DNA of 64,000 bases. Origin: an uncultured Acidobacteriota bacterium. Lineage in GTDB: Bacteria; Acidobacteriota; Terriglobia; UBA7540. How positions within the stretch are numbered: position 1 is the stretch's first letter; each line of letters opens with the position of its first letter. The DNA is taken from NCBI GenBank assembly GCA_963804995.1, contig CAWDSK010000005.1, positions 1,254,457 to 1,318,456 on the forward strand, in the 5' to 3' direction. The notes beneath the pieces were generated by a model. It searched no databases, was not told where the DNA came from, and saw nothing but the letters and a program-made list of their open reading frames with translations. The position numbers and the translations under genes are program-made. Below, in pieces: positions 33,409-44,245 of the stretch.

Positions 33409-34078
33409 CTGAAAGTCAAAATTGCTCCTTCCATTCTCTCTGCGGATTTCACCCGGCTCGGTGAACAGGTGCGGATTGTCGAAGCGGCAGGTGTAGACCG
33501 CGTCCAGATCGATGTGATGGATGGCCGCTTCGTGCCCAACATCACCTTCGGACCCCTGGCGGTGCGCAGTCTGCGGCCGCTGACGCGTTTGACCCTCGAG
33601 GCGCACCTGATGGTCACTCCGCCGGAGGACTTCGTCGCGGCATTTGCGGAAGCGGGCGCCGACACGATCATCGTTCACCAGGAGTCCACCCCGCACCTGC
33701 ATCGCGTCATCGAGCAGATTCGGAGCTTGGGAAAGAAGGCGGGAGTGGCGCTGAATCCTTCTACGCCGGCTGGCACGCTTTCCGAAGTGCTCGAACATGG
33801 TGCAAATCATCCTGGTCATGACCGTCAACCCCGGCTTCGGCGGGCAGAAATTTATTCGCGCCACGCTGCCCAAAATCCGCCAGGTTCGGGATGCGCTTAC
33901 GGAGCGCGGCCTGGACTGCGAAGTGGAAGTGGACGGTGGCATCAACGAACAGACGATCCGCTGGGTGGCTGACGCCGGTTCGGATGTGATGGTGGCGGGC
34001 TCCTCAGTCTACGATGCGCCTGATGGTGTGGCGGCGGCCATAGCGCGCCTGATCGCCAGTGCGACGGCGGAGAATTAG
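33409..34078 (+). pseudogene. rpe: Ribulose-phosphate 3-epimerase, frameshifted near 33796 (real or sequencing error)
   Basis: [19 protein letters not shown], then [10 protein letters not shown] and VDGGI in a shifted frame. Confidence 0.88.
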
Positions 34079-34293
34079 TGGGCCATACGCCGGCCGGCCG
34101 AATACAACGGGCAGGGCGGGAGGACTAGGAAAAGATCGTATCTTTGTGGTGCATACCGCATCTAAATCTTTAATCACGAAAGCTGGACTGACGAAGGGTC
34201 ACCGTGCGGCGTGGGAGCTGAGCGCGGGACCGAGCCACAGGGACCAATTGGGGCAGGCGAGTGGGTGCGGGCGGGTTCAATCCGGTAACTGGG

Positions 34294-34896
34294 ATGAGTA
34301 ATTCACCTCAAGCCACAGTGTCGCGTGATGAGTCCTTGCTGGTAAGCGAGGCGAAGGCCGGGAACTATGCGGCGTTCGAAGAGCTGGTGAACCGCTACGA
34401 GAAAAAGATCTACCGGCTGGGAATGAACATCACGGGAAATCCCGAGGACGCCGAGGACGTGCTTCAGGATGCCTTCCTGAAGGCGTTTGAGCACCTGCCG
34501 GATTTCCGTGAAGACTCGCGCTTTTATACCTGGATTGTGCGCATCGCCGTAAATGAAGCGCTGATGAAATTGCGCAAGCGGCGGACCAGCCGGGAAGTGC
34601 CGATGGAAGATTCGCAGGATGAGAACGGGGAAGTCCTGGTGCGGGAATTCGCCGATTGGAAGCCGAACCCGGAGCAACAATACGCACAGACGGAATTGGA
34701 CCAGATCCTGCAGGGGGCGATGAGGACGCTATCGCCGGGATTTCGCACAGTGTTTTACCTCCGTGATGTGGAAGGATTATCGACGGAAGAAACCGCGGAA
34801 CTGCTCAATCTAAGCATCGGCGCCGTGAAGGCTCGCCTCTTTCGAGCCCGCCTGCGCTTGCGCGAGGAATTGAGCAAAATCTTTAAGCGAGGATGA
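34294..34896 (+). CDS. ECF RNA polymerase sigma factor
   Basis: DAEDVLQDAF, FYTWIVRIAVN, VKARLFRAR. Confidence 0.92.
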   Translation: MSNSPQATVSRDESLLVSEAKAGNYAAFEELVNRYEKKIYRLGMNITGNPEDAEDVLQDAFLKAFEHLPDFREDSRFYTWIVRIAVNEALMKLRKRRTSREVPMEDSQDENGEVLVREFADWKPNPEQQYAQTELDQILQGAMRTLSPGFRTVFYLRDVEGLSTEETAELLNLSIGAVKARLFRARLRLREELSKIFKRG

Positions 34897-35138
34897 AAGT
34901 GCTAAATTGCAAGAAGGCCATTAATCAGATTTCGGATTTGTTGGACGGCGAATTGGACGATGAACTGAAGCATACCCTCGAGGGCCATCTGAACAAGTGC
35001 CAGCACTGCAAGGCGGTGCTTGACACCACGAAGACGACCATCGAGCTTTACTGTGATGGCAAGATTTTCTCCCTGCCTGATGAAGTTCGCACCCGCCTGC
35101 ACGATGCCCTGAAGCGAAAGCTACAGGGGCACTCGTAA
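34893..35138 (+). CDS. Zinc-finger (zf-HC2) anti-sigma factor
   Basis: HLNKCQHC (HxxxCxxC); overlaps the sigma stop. Confidence 0.85.
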   Translation: MKVLNCKKAINQISDLLDGELDDELKHTLEGHLNKCQHCKAVLDTTKTTIELYCDGKIFSLPDEVRTRLHDALKRKLQGHS

Positions 35139-35318
35139 AGATTCTCAGAAAACCCAGGTATGGTTCCGATAAGAAAGACGGCCAGTGTCGTCCCTGCGAT
35201 TGTATACCTTTCAGGTGAGGATTCCTGCGTGAGTCAGTCGCGTAATACTTGACAGTTCTGACTCGCGACCCGTACAATTTTTGGTTCGGGCCCGCTCATT
35301 GGCGAAATAAGGGAGAGC

Positions 35319-35672
35319 ATGGACAAGAAGAAAGTTGAGTATTTCAAAAAACGCCTGCAGACTAAACAAGAGGAACTGCTGCGCCTGGTGACCAATTCCG
35401 AAAAGGATGGGCGCGAGGCCGATGAAGAGGCTACTCAGGATATCGCCGACAAGGCCGCGAATTCTTACACCAAAGAGTTCTTGTTCCACCAGAGTGACGA
35501 GAATCGCCGTGTGATGCAGCTTGTGATCGAGGCGCTCGACCGCATGAAGGACGGTACCTACGGACTGTGCATGGCGTGCCAGGAAGAAGTTCAGCAAAAA
35601 CGCCTGGAAGCTGTGCCCTGGGCTCGCCATTGCATCGAGTGCCAGGAAAAGCAAGATCAAGGCCTCCTTTAG
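35319..35672 (+). CDS. DksA/TraR family C4 zinc-finger protein
   Basis: DIAD, YGLCMAC, RLEAVPW..CIEC. Confidence 0.92.
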   Translation: MDKKKVEYFKKRLQTKQEELLRLVTNSEKDGREADEEATQDIADKAANSYTKEFLFHQSDENRRVMQLVIEALDRMKDGTYGLCMACQEEVQQKRLEAVPWARHCIECQEKQDQGLL

Positions 35673-35744
35673 CTAATCTCGAATCTCTCCCCTGCGAGGT
35701 ACATCTTCTCCCAGGTTGGTGACCACCACTCGCGCCGGACTTCA

Positions 35745-36575
35745 CTCCTTCGGGAGCTTCTCCACAGTATTGTTGCCGTCGCCTTTCCGACCGACTGCTC
35801 GTTGTGTGGCCAGGAACTCTCGAGCGATGGGTCCCTGCGAATTTGTGGCGCCTGTTGGGCAGGCTTCCAACTCTGGACAGGCCCTCTCTGCACGATTTGC
35901 GGTCTGCCGTTTGTTTCCTCCCACACTCAAGACTCAGTCACCCCACAATGCGGGTCCTGCCGTGAGGCTTTGCCCCCCTTCGACATGGCTCGCAGTTTCG
36001 GGATTTACACTGGCAAGCTTCGTCGTGTCATCCTGCACTTGAAATTCGGCCGCCGGGAACGCTTGGGCAAGCGTCTGGGCGAACTGCTGGCGGGCGCTTG
36101 GAATTCGCTCGAGGAGTTGCGTGACCACGACTCGCCAGTAATTGTCCCGGTGCCATTGCACCCTTCGCGCCAACGCGAGCGTGGATTCAATCAAGCGGAA
36201 TTGCTGGCGGCGGGCCTGCTTCATGCCTTGAGGAAGGGCAAGGGCAGGAGACATCTGCTGGTCTCAAAGGGAGTTCTCATTCGTAAGCGCGTCACTCCCC
36301 CGCAGACCGGATTGACCTTGGCTGCCCGGCGCGAAAACCTGCGTGGGGCATTTGAAGTGATCGAGCCGGAGCGAGTCAGGGAGCGCACCGTGGTGCTCAT
36401 TGACGATGTGATGACCACCGGCGCGACGCTATCCGCCTGCGCCCGGCCCTTGAAACGCGCGGGTGCGGCGTGTGTGATCGGTCTGACGCTGGCGCGCGCT
36501 ACACCCCAGTTCCCTGATATCACCTCTGCCGCCAACGACATCCCTGTTGACGGACTTGACCGGGACTGGACATAA
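35745..36575 (+). CDS. comF: ComF family phosphoribosyltransferase-like protein (start uncertain)
   Basis: CxxC zinc ribbons, VPVPLH, RGFNQ, LIDDVMTTGAT; frame is open upstream of the called 35802 start. Confidence 0.85.
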   Translation, partial: LLRELLHSIVAVAFPTDCSLCGQELSSDGSLRICGACWAGFQLWTGPLCTICGLPFVSSHTQDSVTPQCGSCREALPPFDMARSFGIYTGKLRRVILHLKFGRRERLGKRLGELLAGAWNSLEELRDHDSPVIVPVPLHPSRQRERGFNQAELLAAGLLHALRKGKGRRHLLVSKGVLIRKRVTPPQTGLTLAARRENLRGAFEVIEPERVRERTVVLIDDVMTTGATLSACARPLKRAGAACVIGLTLARATPQFPDITSAANDIPVDGLDRDWT

Positions 36576-36619
36576 TTAGGTAGGGGGCAGGTCAAGTCCA
36601 CTTTCTTTGGCGAGGTGCT

Positions 36620-37156
36620 ATGGCGGAAGAAAGTCACCAACGACTCCTGCACGAGCCCGTACTGGTACTCAACGCCACGTACGAACCCGTCAACGTCACG
36701 GCGGTGCGGCGCGCCATTGTGCTGGTTTTGAAGGGTGTCGCTACCACGGAGGAAGAGGACGGGCTGTTCGTTCACTCCTCACAGCTTGCGATCCGCGTGC
36801 CTTCGGTGATTCGCCTGGTGGAATTCCGGCGCATCCCTTACCAGACGCGGGCCCTTTCGCGCAAAAACGTCCTGCTGCGTGATCGTTATACCTGCCAGTT
36901 CTGCGGGCGCGTGATGCCCGCGCATGAGCTTACTCTCGATCACGTCATTCCGCGCTCGCGGGGCGGCCACACCGATTGGGACAACCTCGTCGCCTGCTGC
37001 CATCGCTGCAACAGTCTCAAAGGGGACCGGCTACCGGAAGAGTCCGGGCTGCGACTCTTGCGCCCACCGCGTCCCTTTACGCTGCACACCAGCCGGCAAA
37101 TCATGCGCATGATGGGCCGTTCCGATGAACGCTGGCGGAAATACCTGTTCTGCTGA
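36620..37156 (+). CDS. HNH endonuclease (McrA-like)
   Basis: [39 protein letters not shown]. Confidence 0.9.
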   Translation: MAEESHQRLLHEPVLVLNATYEPVNVTAVRRAIVLVLKGVATTEEEDGLFVHSSQLAIRVPSVIRLVEFRRIPYQTRALSRKNVLLRDRYTCQFCGRVMPAHELTLDHVIPRSRGGHTDWDNLVACCHRCNSLKGDRLPEESGLRLLRPPRPFTLHTSRQIMRMMGRSDERWRKYLFC

Positions 37157-37230
37157 TACGACCTCATGAAACATTGGCACCCGCTTCTGGGAGTTACGCC
37201 GCACCGCAGGCTTATTCCCTCCCTTAATCA

Positions 37231-38589
37231 CTACACCTGTTCCCGGATCACCCAGGGCTCGCGGTAGGTACGCTTCAGGTAATGGTTCGCCTCCCGATCA
37301 TTGCCAAACGTCTCCGTGGCCGCATCGTAGTTGAGTTTGCGATTCCCCAGCCGGTAGGAAATGTTCGCCATATGGCCAAGGCTTGCTGAGATGTGGCCGT
37401 CCTCGATGTCGGCATTGGATCGCTTGCGGCTGCGGATGCATTCCACATAGTTCCCAATGTGCGCAGCCTGGATTTTTGCGTGCGTCTGTTTGTCCTGCCC
37501 GATTTTCTGGCCGTTCTGATCAAAAAGTTGCCATCCGGCCCCGTGCCGGCCCAGAATCATCATTCCCTTGGTTCCAAAGATTTCGACTTTCATCCCATTA
37601 AACGGATACCAATCAGGATACGCTGTCTCGCTTTGCCTTACACTTTCCGGGGTTTTAACCATATAGGGGGTCCACCATGTCTGTTCCACGATTATATTAA
37701 GCGAGCCATAATCAAACGTCGCAAGGGTTGAGTCAGGAGGCTCCACGTCATCCTTGAAGGAGAGATTCCCTCCGGCATGGTGCACCGAAGTTGGCAATTT
37801 CTTGTCGATGACCATCCGAGCAAAATCCAGTTGGTGAACCGCATCGTCAAAGAAGCCGCTGCTGAAATCCCAAAAGTAGAGCCAATTCTTGTAAGAGGTT
37901 GGATTGTAGGGCCGCGCGGCCGCGGGTCCCAACCACATTTCCCAATTCATCCCGTCCGGCGTAGGGGCATCCGGCATTTTCTGGAAGCGCTCGCGCAGGA
38001 ACATGTTGTAGACCCTGACCAAGTGGACATCGCCCAGCTTTCCGGACTGGACGTGCTCGCGCGCGCTCACGCCGTAGGAACTGCTCCGATTCTGCATCCC
38101 TACTTGCACGACGCGCTGGTATTTGCGCGCGGCTTCCACCGCCTTCCGGCCCTCCCAAATATTTTGCGTGGCGGGTTTTTCGACGTAGACATCCTTGCCC
38201 GCCTGACATGCCATCACCGTCGCCAAGGCATGCCAGTGGTCGGGAGTGGCAACCACGACGCCATCCACGTGCTTGTCATCCAGAACCCTCCGCAGGTCGT
38301 CAACCGCGGTGGGTTTGCGGCCGGTCGCGGTCTCAACCGCCTGCGCAGCCTTCAACCGGCGTTGGCTGTTCACGTCGCACACATAGGCCATATCAACGTC
38401 TGGCCGTTCGAGGAACATTCGTAGCACCTCAGTCCCGCGGCCTCCCACGCCGATGAAACCCAGGACAACTGTGTCGCTGGCGGCTGTTGCCTTCCGCGGG
38501 GACGCGAGCCCAGACATGGCGAGGGTCGCGCCCAGCCCTCCTTGAACGCTGCGCTGCAAGAATTGTCTCCGATCGGTTTTGATTGCCAT
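37231..38589 (-). CDS. Gfo/Idh/MocA oxidoreductase with Tat signal
   Basis: DRRQFL, GVGGRG, ATPDHWH, YVEKP. Confidence 0.9.
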   Translation of the reverse strand: MAIKTDRRQFLQRSVQGGLGATLAMSGLASPRKATAASDTVVLGFIGVGGRGTEVLRMFLERPDVDMAYVCDVNSQRRLKAAQAVETATGRKPTAVDDLRRVLDDKHVDGVVVATPDHWHALATVMACQAGKDVYVEKPATQNIWEGRKAVEAARKYQRVVQVGMQNRSSSYGVSAREHVQSGKLGDVHLVRVYNMFLRERFQKMPDAPTPDGMNWEMWLGPAAARPYNPTSYKNWLYFWDFSSGFFDDAVHQLDFARMVIDKKLPTSVHHAGGNLSFKDDVEPPDSTLATFDYGSLNIIVEQTWWTPYMVKTPESVRQSETAYPDWYPFNGMKVEIFGTKGMMILGRHGAGWQLFDQNGQKIGQDKQTHAKIQAAHIGNYVECIRSRKRSNADIEDGHISASLGHMANISYRLGNRKLNYDAATETFGNDREANHYLKRTYREPWVIREQV

Positions 38590-38862
38590 CACTGCCTCCT
38601 CGAATGACTTTGGACCTACATCCAATCCGCCTGCCATCCAGATTTCTAAAAAAGGCCCTTACCCGGAACCTGCTTTTTGCCTGCCTTCTCGCGCCAAATC
38701 ATACGCCGATTGGATTATCCCGCAAAGCTCAAATCGGGCCGGCCCTTCCCGTAAAGTACCCAAAATCCAACCTACTAGCCGAACGAAAGATTTTCGAGTA
38801 AACTAGTCCCGCAATTCGAATGTTGAAGGGTGTAGCCGCTTACCCTTCAACCCGCCTGGCGC

Positions 38863-38903
<41 letters not shown>

Positions 38904-39259
38904 TAAGCCAGGCCCAAATCACCCGCTCTAACTCATTGAAAACACGGGCAGGGGCACTTCCACCTTTTGACCGTTTTGCTTGGTTTTACCCCATTTTGTT
39001 AGCGAACTGTTAGCGCAAAAAGCGGCGGTTTTTGAGCCCTCCGCCCTAGCCGGAAACGACCCCCCGACCAGGCGTGCAGGCCGAGAGCCGCGCAAGAGGG
39101 AGTCGTTTCTTATCCCGCCTCAGTCCCCCGTCATTTTATCCTAACCAACCTTGTAAATCAGAGTTATAAATCTGCAAGCAGCGCACGATGATGACTCCGA
39201 AGAAGGAGTCTCGATCGATCCCGCCGAAGTAATTGACTATCTGTTTCTCAACCCCGCCA

Positions 39260-39530
39260 CCCAGCCTGATAGTAAGCCGCAGCGTCTGCGGGAATCAACC
39301 TGAGAGAGGCTGCGTGATTTCCTGGAGATGTTCGACTTGTGCAACGTCGTAGACGACCAGGATTTGAAGGGGCCGGTCGATAAGTCGCGAACCCTGCTTG
39401 AGGGCGTGAGCACAGATATGGCAGTACTCAGCGCCAAGGTGCGTGAGGGCTTGACAGAGGTCGCCGTACAGATGGACGTCCTGGTTGATGATCGCGTTAG
39501 TCGGAAGTTCCGTTTCGATGAGGAAGGAGG
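39260..39530 (+). pseudogene. Probable 3' remnant of an ICE protein gene (DUF3150-like)
   Basis: LRDFLEMFDLCNVVDDQDL..DVLVDDRVSRKFRFDEE with no N-terminal part; family recalled from memory only. Confidence 0.35.
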
Positions 39531-39538
39531 ACAAAACC

Positions 39539-39994
39539 ATGTGCCAAAGTGTGAACAAAGTCATTCTGATCGGCTTTCTTGGTGATGCGCCGGAAGTCAG
39601 GTTCAGCCAGCAAGGGAAACCGGTAGGTACCTTCAGCCTTGCGGTCAACGAGAAGTGGAAGGACACCGAAGGCGCTCCTCGCGAGAGAGTGGAGTGGTTT
39701 CGGATTGTTTGCTTCGGGCGGCTGGCTGAAGTATGTGGCGAGTTTCTGGCCAAAGGCCGGCACGTCTACCTCGAAGGCCGGTTACAGACTCGGAAATGGT
39801 CAGACCGTGAAGGCGACAAACGGACTACGGTTGAAGTCGTGGCCAACCAAATGAGGATTCTGGACCGAGCGCCCAAGAACGGAAACGGCGCAAAGGCGGA
39901 TGAATCATCGAAGGCTGCGAAGCCTGTTGACGAGTGCGATAACCCATTCAACGGGTCAGAAAGCGGGACAACTGACCAGGATATTCCGTATTGA
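39539..39994 (+). CDS. ssb: Single-stranded DNA-binding protein
   Basis: SVNKVILIG, EWFRIV.FG..AE, EGRLQTRKW, acidic tail DIPY; GGAGG RBS. Confidence 0.93.
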   Translation: MCQSVNKVILIGFLGDAPEVRFSQQGKPVGTFSLAVNEKWKDTEGAPRERVEWFRIVCFGRLAEVCGEFLAKGRHVYLEGRLQTRKWSDREGDKRTTVEVVANQMRILDRAPKNGNGAKADESSKAAKPVDECDNPFNGSESGTTDQDIPY

Positions 39995-40254
39995 GGGTAC
40001 GGCCTTCGTTTTTGTGCCCATTTACTACCTCATAGTTCTTTCCTTCCTTGCTTTCATATGAAGAGCAGCGGGAGAGGAGAATCTCCCCTTTCCCTGGCTC
40101 TGTCTTGTTGCGTTTCGGTGAGGCGCCTGGAACGAAGCCCCGTACCTCCCGAAAGGCACGCAATCATTGAAGGAAGGCTCCAGTTGCGCAGCTACCAGGA
40201 TCGCGGGGGCCAGAGCATAGCCTGAATTGCAGCCCGACCAAACGCGCTGCTTGG

Positions 40255-41310
40255 CTACTGCAACCTGGGACTTGTGGGGGAACCTGCCACGGTCGGGAGC
40301 TCGAAGATCTGTTTGAGCACCACCGATAAACGGCGCCGCCAGTGGATTCGGTCGCACGTGTAATAGAGGCTTGTTGGGCCGGCAAGCTGCGCGCCTATCG
40401 CAGCGTATGTTGTCGCTTTGTTGGGAAGATCGCAAACACGGACGGCTTCGAAGTTTGCCTCTGTCTTCATGGGGTCTGTTCCGGCACTCCATAGTTCAAC
40501 GTCGGGGAAGAAGGACCAATGGTGGATCGAATGTAGGAGATCCAACACCTTTGGGGGAAAGGCGGAAGGCAGTGAGCAGATAGGACCGGCTTCTCGGAGG
40601 GCACCCCTGGCTGTGATCACCAATCCCGATTTTGACAGCCTCGTGAAGCGGTGAAAAACGAACTTATTTGAGTGACCAGTGCAGAAAACGTCGTCAGGCC
40701 GCAAATGCATTGCTGCGTCGGGCAGTAGGAGTGTCTCCCACGATCGGAGATTTCTCTCGGCCAGGACATCTGGGAAGGAAGGATCAAATCGAGTCGCGGC
40801 CTCGGCTTCCTCAGCCCAACTTTTCAACTGCGAGAGCACGCCGGCGCCATTCGCTGCCCAAGCCCACCTCACTGGACGCTCTCGGGTCATTTCTCTCAGG
40901 ATGAAGCCGCATACTTCAAACCCATAGTGGGTGGCGCGTTTGTAGGTCTGACCCGTAAGGGAACTCACACAAGTTTCAAACCGGTTAGGGATGGGTTGAC
41001 CTAACTCATCCACGCACCAAAGCCTTGAAAGATAGGCGAAACGCGATACAAAACTGGACGCCGAGAAGTCGCCGGGAAAATCCCAAGGTATTTCAGATGG
41101 AAGGCGGATCGAGCCCCCTTCAACGGCTCCCAGTTTCTTCCGGCGGTTCTCCTGCAAGAAGAACGGCACATAGAGGCGGTAAAAAGATCGCGACGAGCTC
41201 TCTACTCTCGCGACCGGAACGACCCCTGGCGCGATATTCCGGTGTTCAAAATCGTCAAAATAATCCAACAGGAGAGCCCCAGGATCATAGACAGGCCTTC
41301 CCTCACCCAT
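40255..41310 (-). CDS. Hypothetical protein
   Basis: 351-aa ORF, no motif recognised. Confidence 0.5.
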   Translation of the reverse strand: MGEGRPVYDPGALLLDYFDDFEHRNIAPGVVPVARVESSSRSFYRLYVPFFLQENRRKKLGAVEGGSIRLPSEIPWDFPGDFSASSFVSRFAYLSRLWCVDELGQPIPNRFETCVSSLTGQTYKRATHYGFEVCGFILREMTRERPVRWAWAANGAGVLSQLKSWAEEAEAATRFDPSFPDVLAERNLRSWETLLLPDAAMHLRPDDVFCTGHSNKFVFHRFTRLSKSGLVITARGALREAGPICSLPSAFPPKVLDLLHSIHHWSFFPDVELWSAGTDPMKTEANFEAVRVCDLPNKATTYAAIGAQLAGPTSLYYTCDRIHWRRRLSVVLKQIFELPTVAGSPTSPRLQ

Positions 41311-41638
41311 ATCTTCTCAGGACTCCGTTATCAGGATTTTGCGATCCCGGGAGGGTAGTTTCTCATAGGGTGACAGATCCACGCCAGTCGGAAAAGATCA
41401 TCCGCCGAAAGCTTCTGAGAATGTGCCCAGCCACCTCCACCACCTTGACTAGAGCGCCTTTTGTACTCGGGGAGTAGTCGCGCCACAGGTCCACTCATGA
41501 AAGAGGAGTACGACATCTGTTGGGGTCGAGTAAAGGCGAATCCAGCGCCAAGCCAAGGCAGAAACAGTGGACGTGAAAGGAGCAAGCGAAGTCGTTAGTT
41601 CGGTATGGGTTGTGAAATAAGAAACGAAAGGAGACAAA

Positions 41639-42124
41639 ATATTTGTCGAATTGATGCCATTACTCGCCGGACGCACGGTGATGATCACCGTCGCCCGCGA
41701 GGACGAGAAAACGGTCCGGGTATGCGTAATCCCGAAGAAGGTGAAAGAGGACGATAACCCGGCGCTTACAACGCCGTTGAGTTACACCGGCACACCGGAG
41801 GAGCTCGACGCGGAACTGGGAAAACACTTGGCGAGCTACGTTGAGTGTCACACCCAACTGGGCAGCATGCTGGCTCAGGCCAAAGCTGAAATGGAGGCTG
41901 CGGCCAAAGCTGCCCAAGAGGAAGCCCGCAAGAAGACGGCGGAGCGCAACAAGAAAGCCGCCGAGAAGGCGCCGGTTTCCCTCAGCGGCAACTCCGCTGC
42001 TCCACAGCAAAGTTTAGAGGCTGCGGCCAAGATAAATACGCTCTTCGGAGACACCACCGCGCACGAACCCGCCGGTGCAAGCAAACCGACAGGAGGTGAA
42101 AGCCCATGCAGGCTAGCGTTATAA
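41639..42124 (+). CDS. PRTRC system protein E
   Basis: ALTTPLSYTGTPEELDAEL motif; AAGGAG RBS precedes ATA at 41639. Confidence 0.82.
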   Translation: MFVELMPLLAGRTVMITVAREDEKTVRVCVIPKKVKEDDNPALTTPLSYTGTPEELDAELGKHLASYVECHTQLGSMLAQAKAEMEAAAKAAQEEARKKTAERNKKAAEKAPVSLSGNSAAPQQSLEAAAKINTLFGDTTAHEPAGASKPTGGESPCRLAL

Positions 42125-42309
42125 GCCGTGAATTTACCTGGAATGGGGTTAAGATCCCGGACCCAGGGCGTCATCTCTCTCCGGAAGAAGTGCGCGCCGT
42201 GCTGGCGACGATGTACCCGGATATTGCCACGGCGACGATCACCGGGCCCGAAGCCGTCGGGGAAAAATTACTCTATCGTTTCGTCGCCGCAATCGGCACC
42301 AAAGGATAG
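42106..42309 (+). CDS. PRTRC system protein C (ubiquitin-like)
   Basis: REF..NG..PDP..SPEEVR..YPDI..A.I.GPE..GTKG terminus. Confidence 0.88.
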   Translation: MQASVISREFTWNGVKIPDPGRHLSPEEVRAVLATMYPDIATATITGPEAVGEKLLYRFVAAIGTKG

Positions 42310-42552
42310 GTGCCGATGAGAGCCGATCCGAAGGTACGAAAAGAGAAAGCAAAGCAGGCGGTCCTCAATGAACTCAATCGGCGTAGCGAGGACCGCCACC
42401 CCCGCAATCAAACCCTCCTCGCGAGGTTCGCCCGATGCACACACTTTCAGCAGACAGTCCTCGTCATATCACGAGCGGTCGACGCCGAACGGCGCGCTTA
42501 CAGCGCAACACCGCTTGCCCCCCCGCCCGGATGGCTGCCACCGCTTGCCTGA
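42310..42552 (+). CDS. Small hypothetical protein in the PRTRC cassette
   Basis: Abuts the protein C stop. Confidence 0.45.
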   Translation: MPMRADPKVRKEKAKQAVLNELNRRSEDRHPRNQTLLARFARCTHFQQTVLVISRAVDAERRAYSATPLAPPPGWLPPLA

Positions 42553-43562
42553 TGGGAAGCGGAGCCCATCTGCTTCTTCCAACCCTCGACTGCGTTCCAC
42601 TTGAGTATCATTTTCACGCCGGCGAGTGCGCCGCAATTCGCTTGGCACAGGCGCTACTTGAGCTCGATATCGCGGAGCCGAGCGACTGGCGACGTGTCCG
42701 CCGCGATCCAACCGACTATGTGCAGGCAACGCTCAACCGCTGGATTGATCTCCACGGCGGGAAGGCTCTTCGGCGGCGCTTCTGCCTGCTATTGATGCTG
42801 AGTGAGGTCGTGGACGAATATACGGACGCTGGCGACTCCGACCCGGATGGCCGGCGGCTTTACCTGTTTCTTCACCCGGACAGTGCCGCTTTTGTCGTAG
42901 CCGGACCGACACTCGAACTTATGGCGCAGGAGCACCCACGGTTGCCCGCAACCTTCTACCATCTGTTTACAGGGGCCCTTAACCGGTGGGTAAGGACCTA
43001 TGATTACCGTGACGCCGAAGATCGCGTCCAGATGCTGCGCGAATGGGCCGAGGGGGAAGAGGAACAATACGAGATCGCGGACGTGGCAGCATCAATGCCC
43101 GCATGCATGAAGCAGAAACTGCTTAGTTTGCGAGGTCTTCGCCGGATGGCTGCACAAGCCAGGGGAGAAGCGTCCAAGGCTCTAATTGCCGCCACGCTCG
43201 AACTCGAACGAACCTCTGCGTCGGTGCGGCGCCCGGAATTCACCGATGACATGCGCGAGCAGCTCATGGACACGAATTCACCGCTGCCTGCCGCTCTGGT
43301 TGTCTTCGCGGAGAATGATTCGATTGAGGCACAGTTTGAAGATGAATCGCAATCGTGGGGAGAGGCTGCTTCGGAGCCTAACTTGATCTTGCCTTTGAGC
43401 GCTTTTGACCTCAAGAGCATTCGGTCAGCGTTTCACACCCTGGCGGTTGTATGCCGGACCCTGGCAGCCGCCAGCCGGTTGATCGATCTCATGCCGGGAA
43501 ACGAGAAATGGGTTACAGACTCGGAGGAGGGCCATGGAAGCGCGAGTGGTAATCGGAGCTAG
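42435..43562 (+). CDS. PRTRC system protein F-like (start uncertain)
   Basis: Position between proteins C and B; HPRLPATFY motif. Confidence 0.6.
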   Translation: MHTLSADSPRHITSGRRRTARLQRNTACPPARMAATACLMGSGAHLLLPTLDCVPLEYHFHAGECAAIRLAQALLELDIAEPSDWRRVRRDPTDYVQATLNRWIDLHGGKALRRRFCLLLMLSEVVDEYTDAGDSDPDGRRLYLFLHPDSAAFVVAGPTLELMAQEHPRLPATFYHLFTGALNRWVRTYDYRDAEDRVQMLREWAEGEEEQYEIADVAASMPACMKQKLLSLRGLRRMAAQARGEASKALIAATLELERTSASVRRPEFTDDMREQLMDTNSPLPAALVVFAENDSIEAQFEDESQSWGEAASEPNLILPLSAFDLKSIRSAFHTLAVVCRTLAAASRLIDLMPGNEKWVTDSEEGHGSASGNRS

Positions 43563-44241
43563 CAGAACATTCGCCCTGAAGAATGCCGTTCTTCTGTACG
43601 GCGATGGTATGTCGATGTTCGCCACACTTCACGCCGTCATGATACGAGCGAAAAGTGGCGCCCCGCACCTTGGGCCTGGACAAGCACTGACAACAGCCTT
43701 CCTAAGGACTCTGGCCGAGGGGTTAGGAACCCGCATCACTGCGGAAATCTTTCCCGAGAACGTGTTGGCACGGACGCCAGAGACTATCACCTGGTGGACG
43801 CGGGCGAGGCGCGAGGTGATGTTCTTCGGCGGCGTCGACCTTGACGCGCGCGCATTGGACGGCGGCGCCTACCCGCACCCCGCGCTGGTCTTCAGGGTGA
43901 CACGCCGTGAACTCTTCGTGCGCGCTTTGGAGAGGGACGAGCGCCCCGCAGGAGAAACACCTCTGAAGACAGCTCCCTATTGGAATTGCGACGCTGCCGG
44001 CCGGGTTTGCCTCGGCTCGATGCGCGTGCCCAACGAGACAACGGTAGAGTCGATTAACGACTGGCAGGCCGGTTTCTTCCGGAGCCAATTCACACATGCG
44101 AACGGAGCGGTGCGCCTCACCAGTCACACGGGGGGATTCCTCGGACTGTGGAAGATCCTGAAGGGTAGCCAGGATCCTTTCCCCACCGAATTCCTGACTG
44201 ACGCGAAGGGGACGTTGCGACAGTTTGTCGAGCGGGAATGA
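43534..44241 (+). CDS. PRTRC system protein B (E2-like)
   Basis: PHPALVF, APYWN..GRVCLGS, FFRSQFTH. Confidence 0.85.
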   Translation: MEARVVIGASRTFALKNAVLLYGDGMSMFATLHAVMIRAKSGAPHLGPGQALTTAFLRTLAEGLGTRITAEIFPENVLARTPETITWWTRARREVMFFGGVDLDARALDGGAYPHPALVFRVTRRELFVRALERDERPAGETPLKTAPYWNCDAAGRVCLGSMRVPNETTVESINDWQAGFFRSQFTHANGAVRLTSHTGGFLGLWKILKGSQDPFPTEFLTDAKGTLRQFVERE

Positions 44242-44245
44242 CCTT

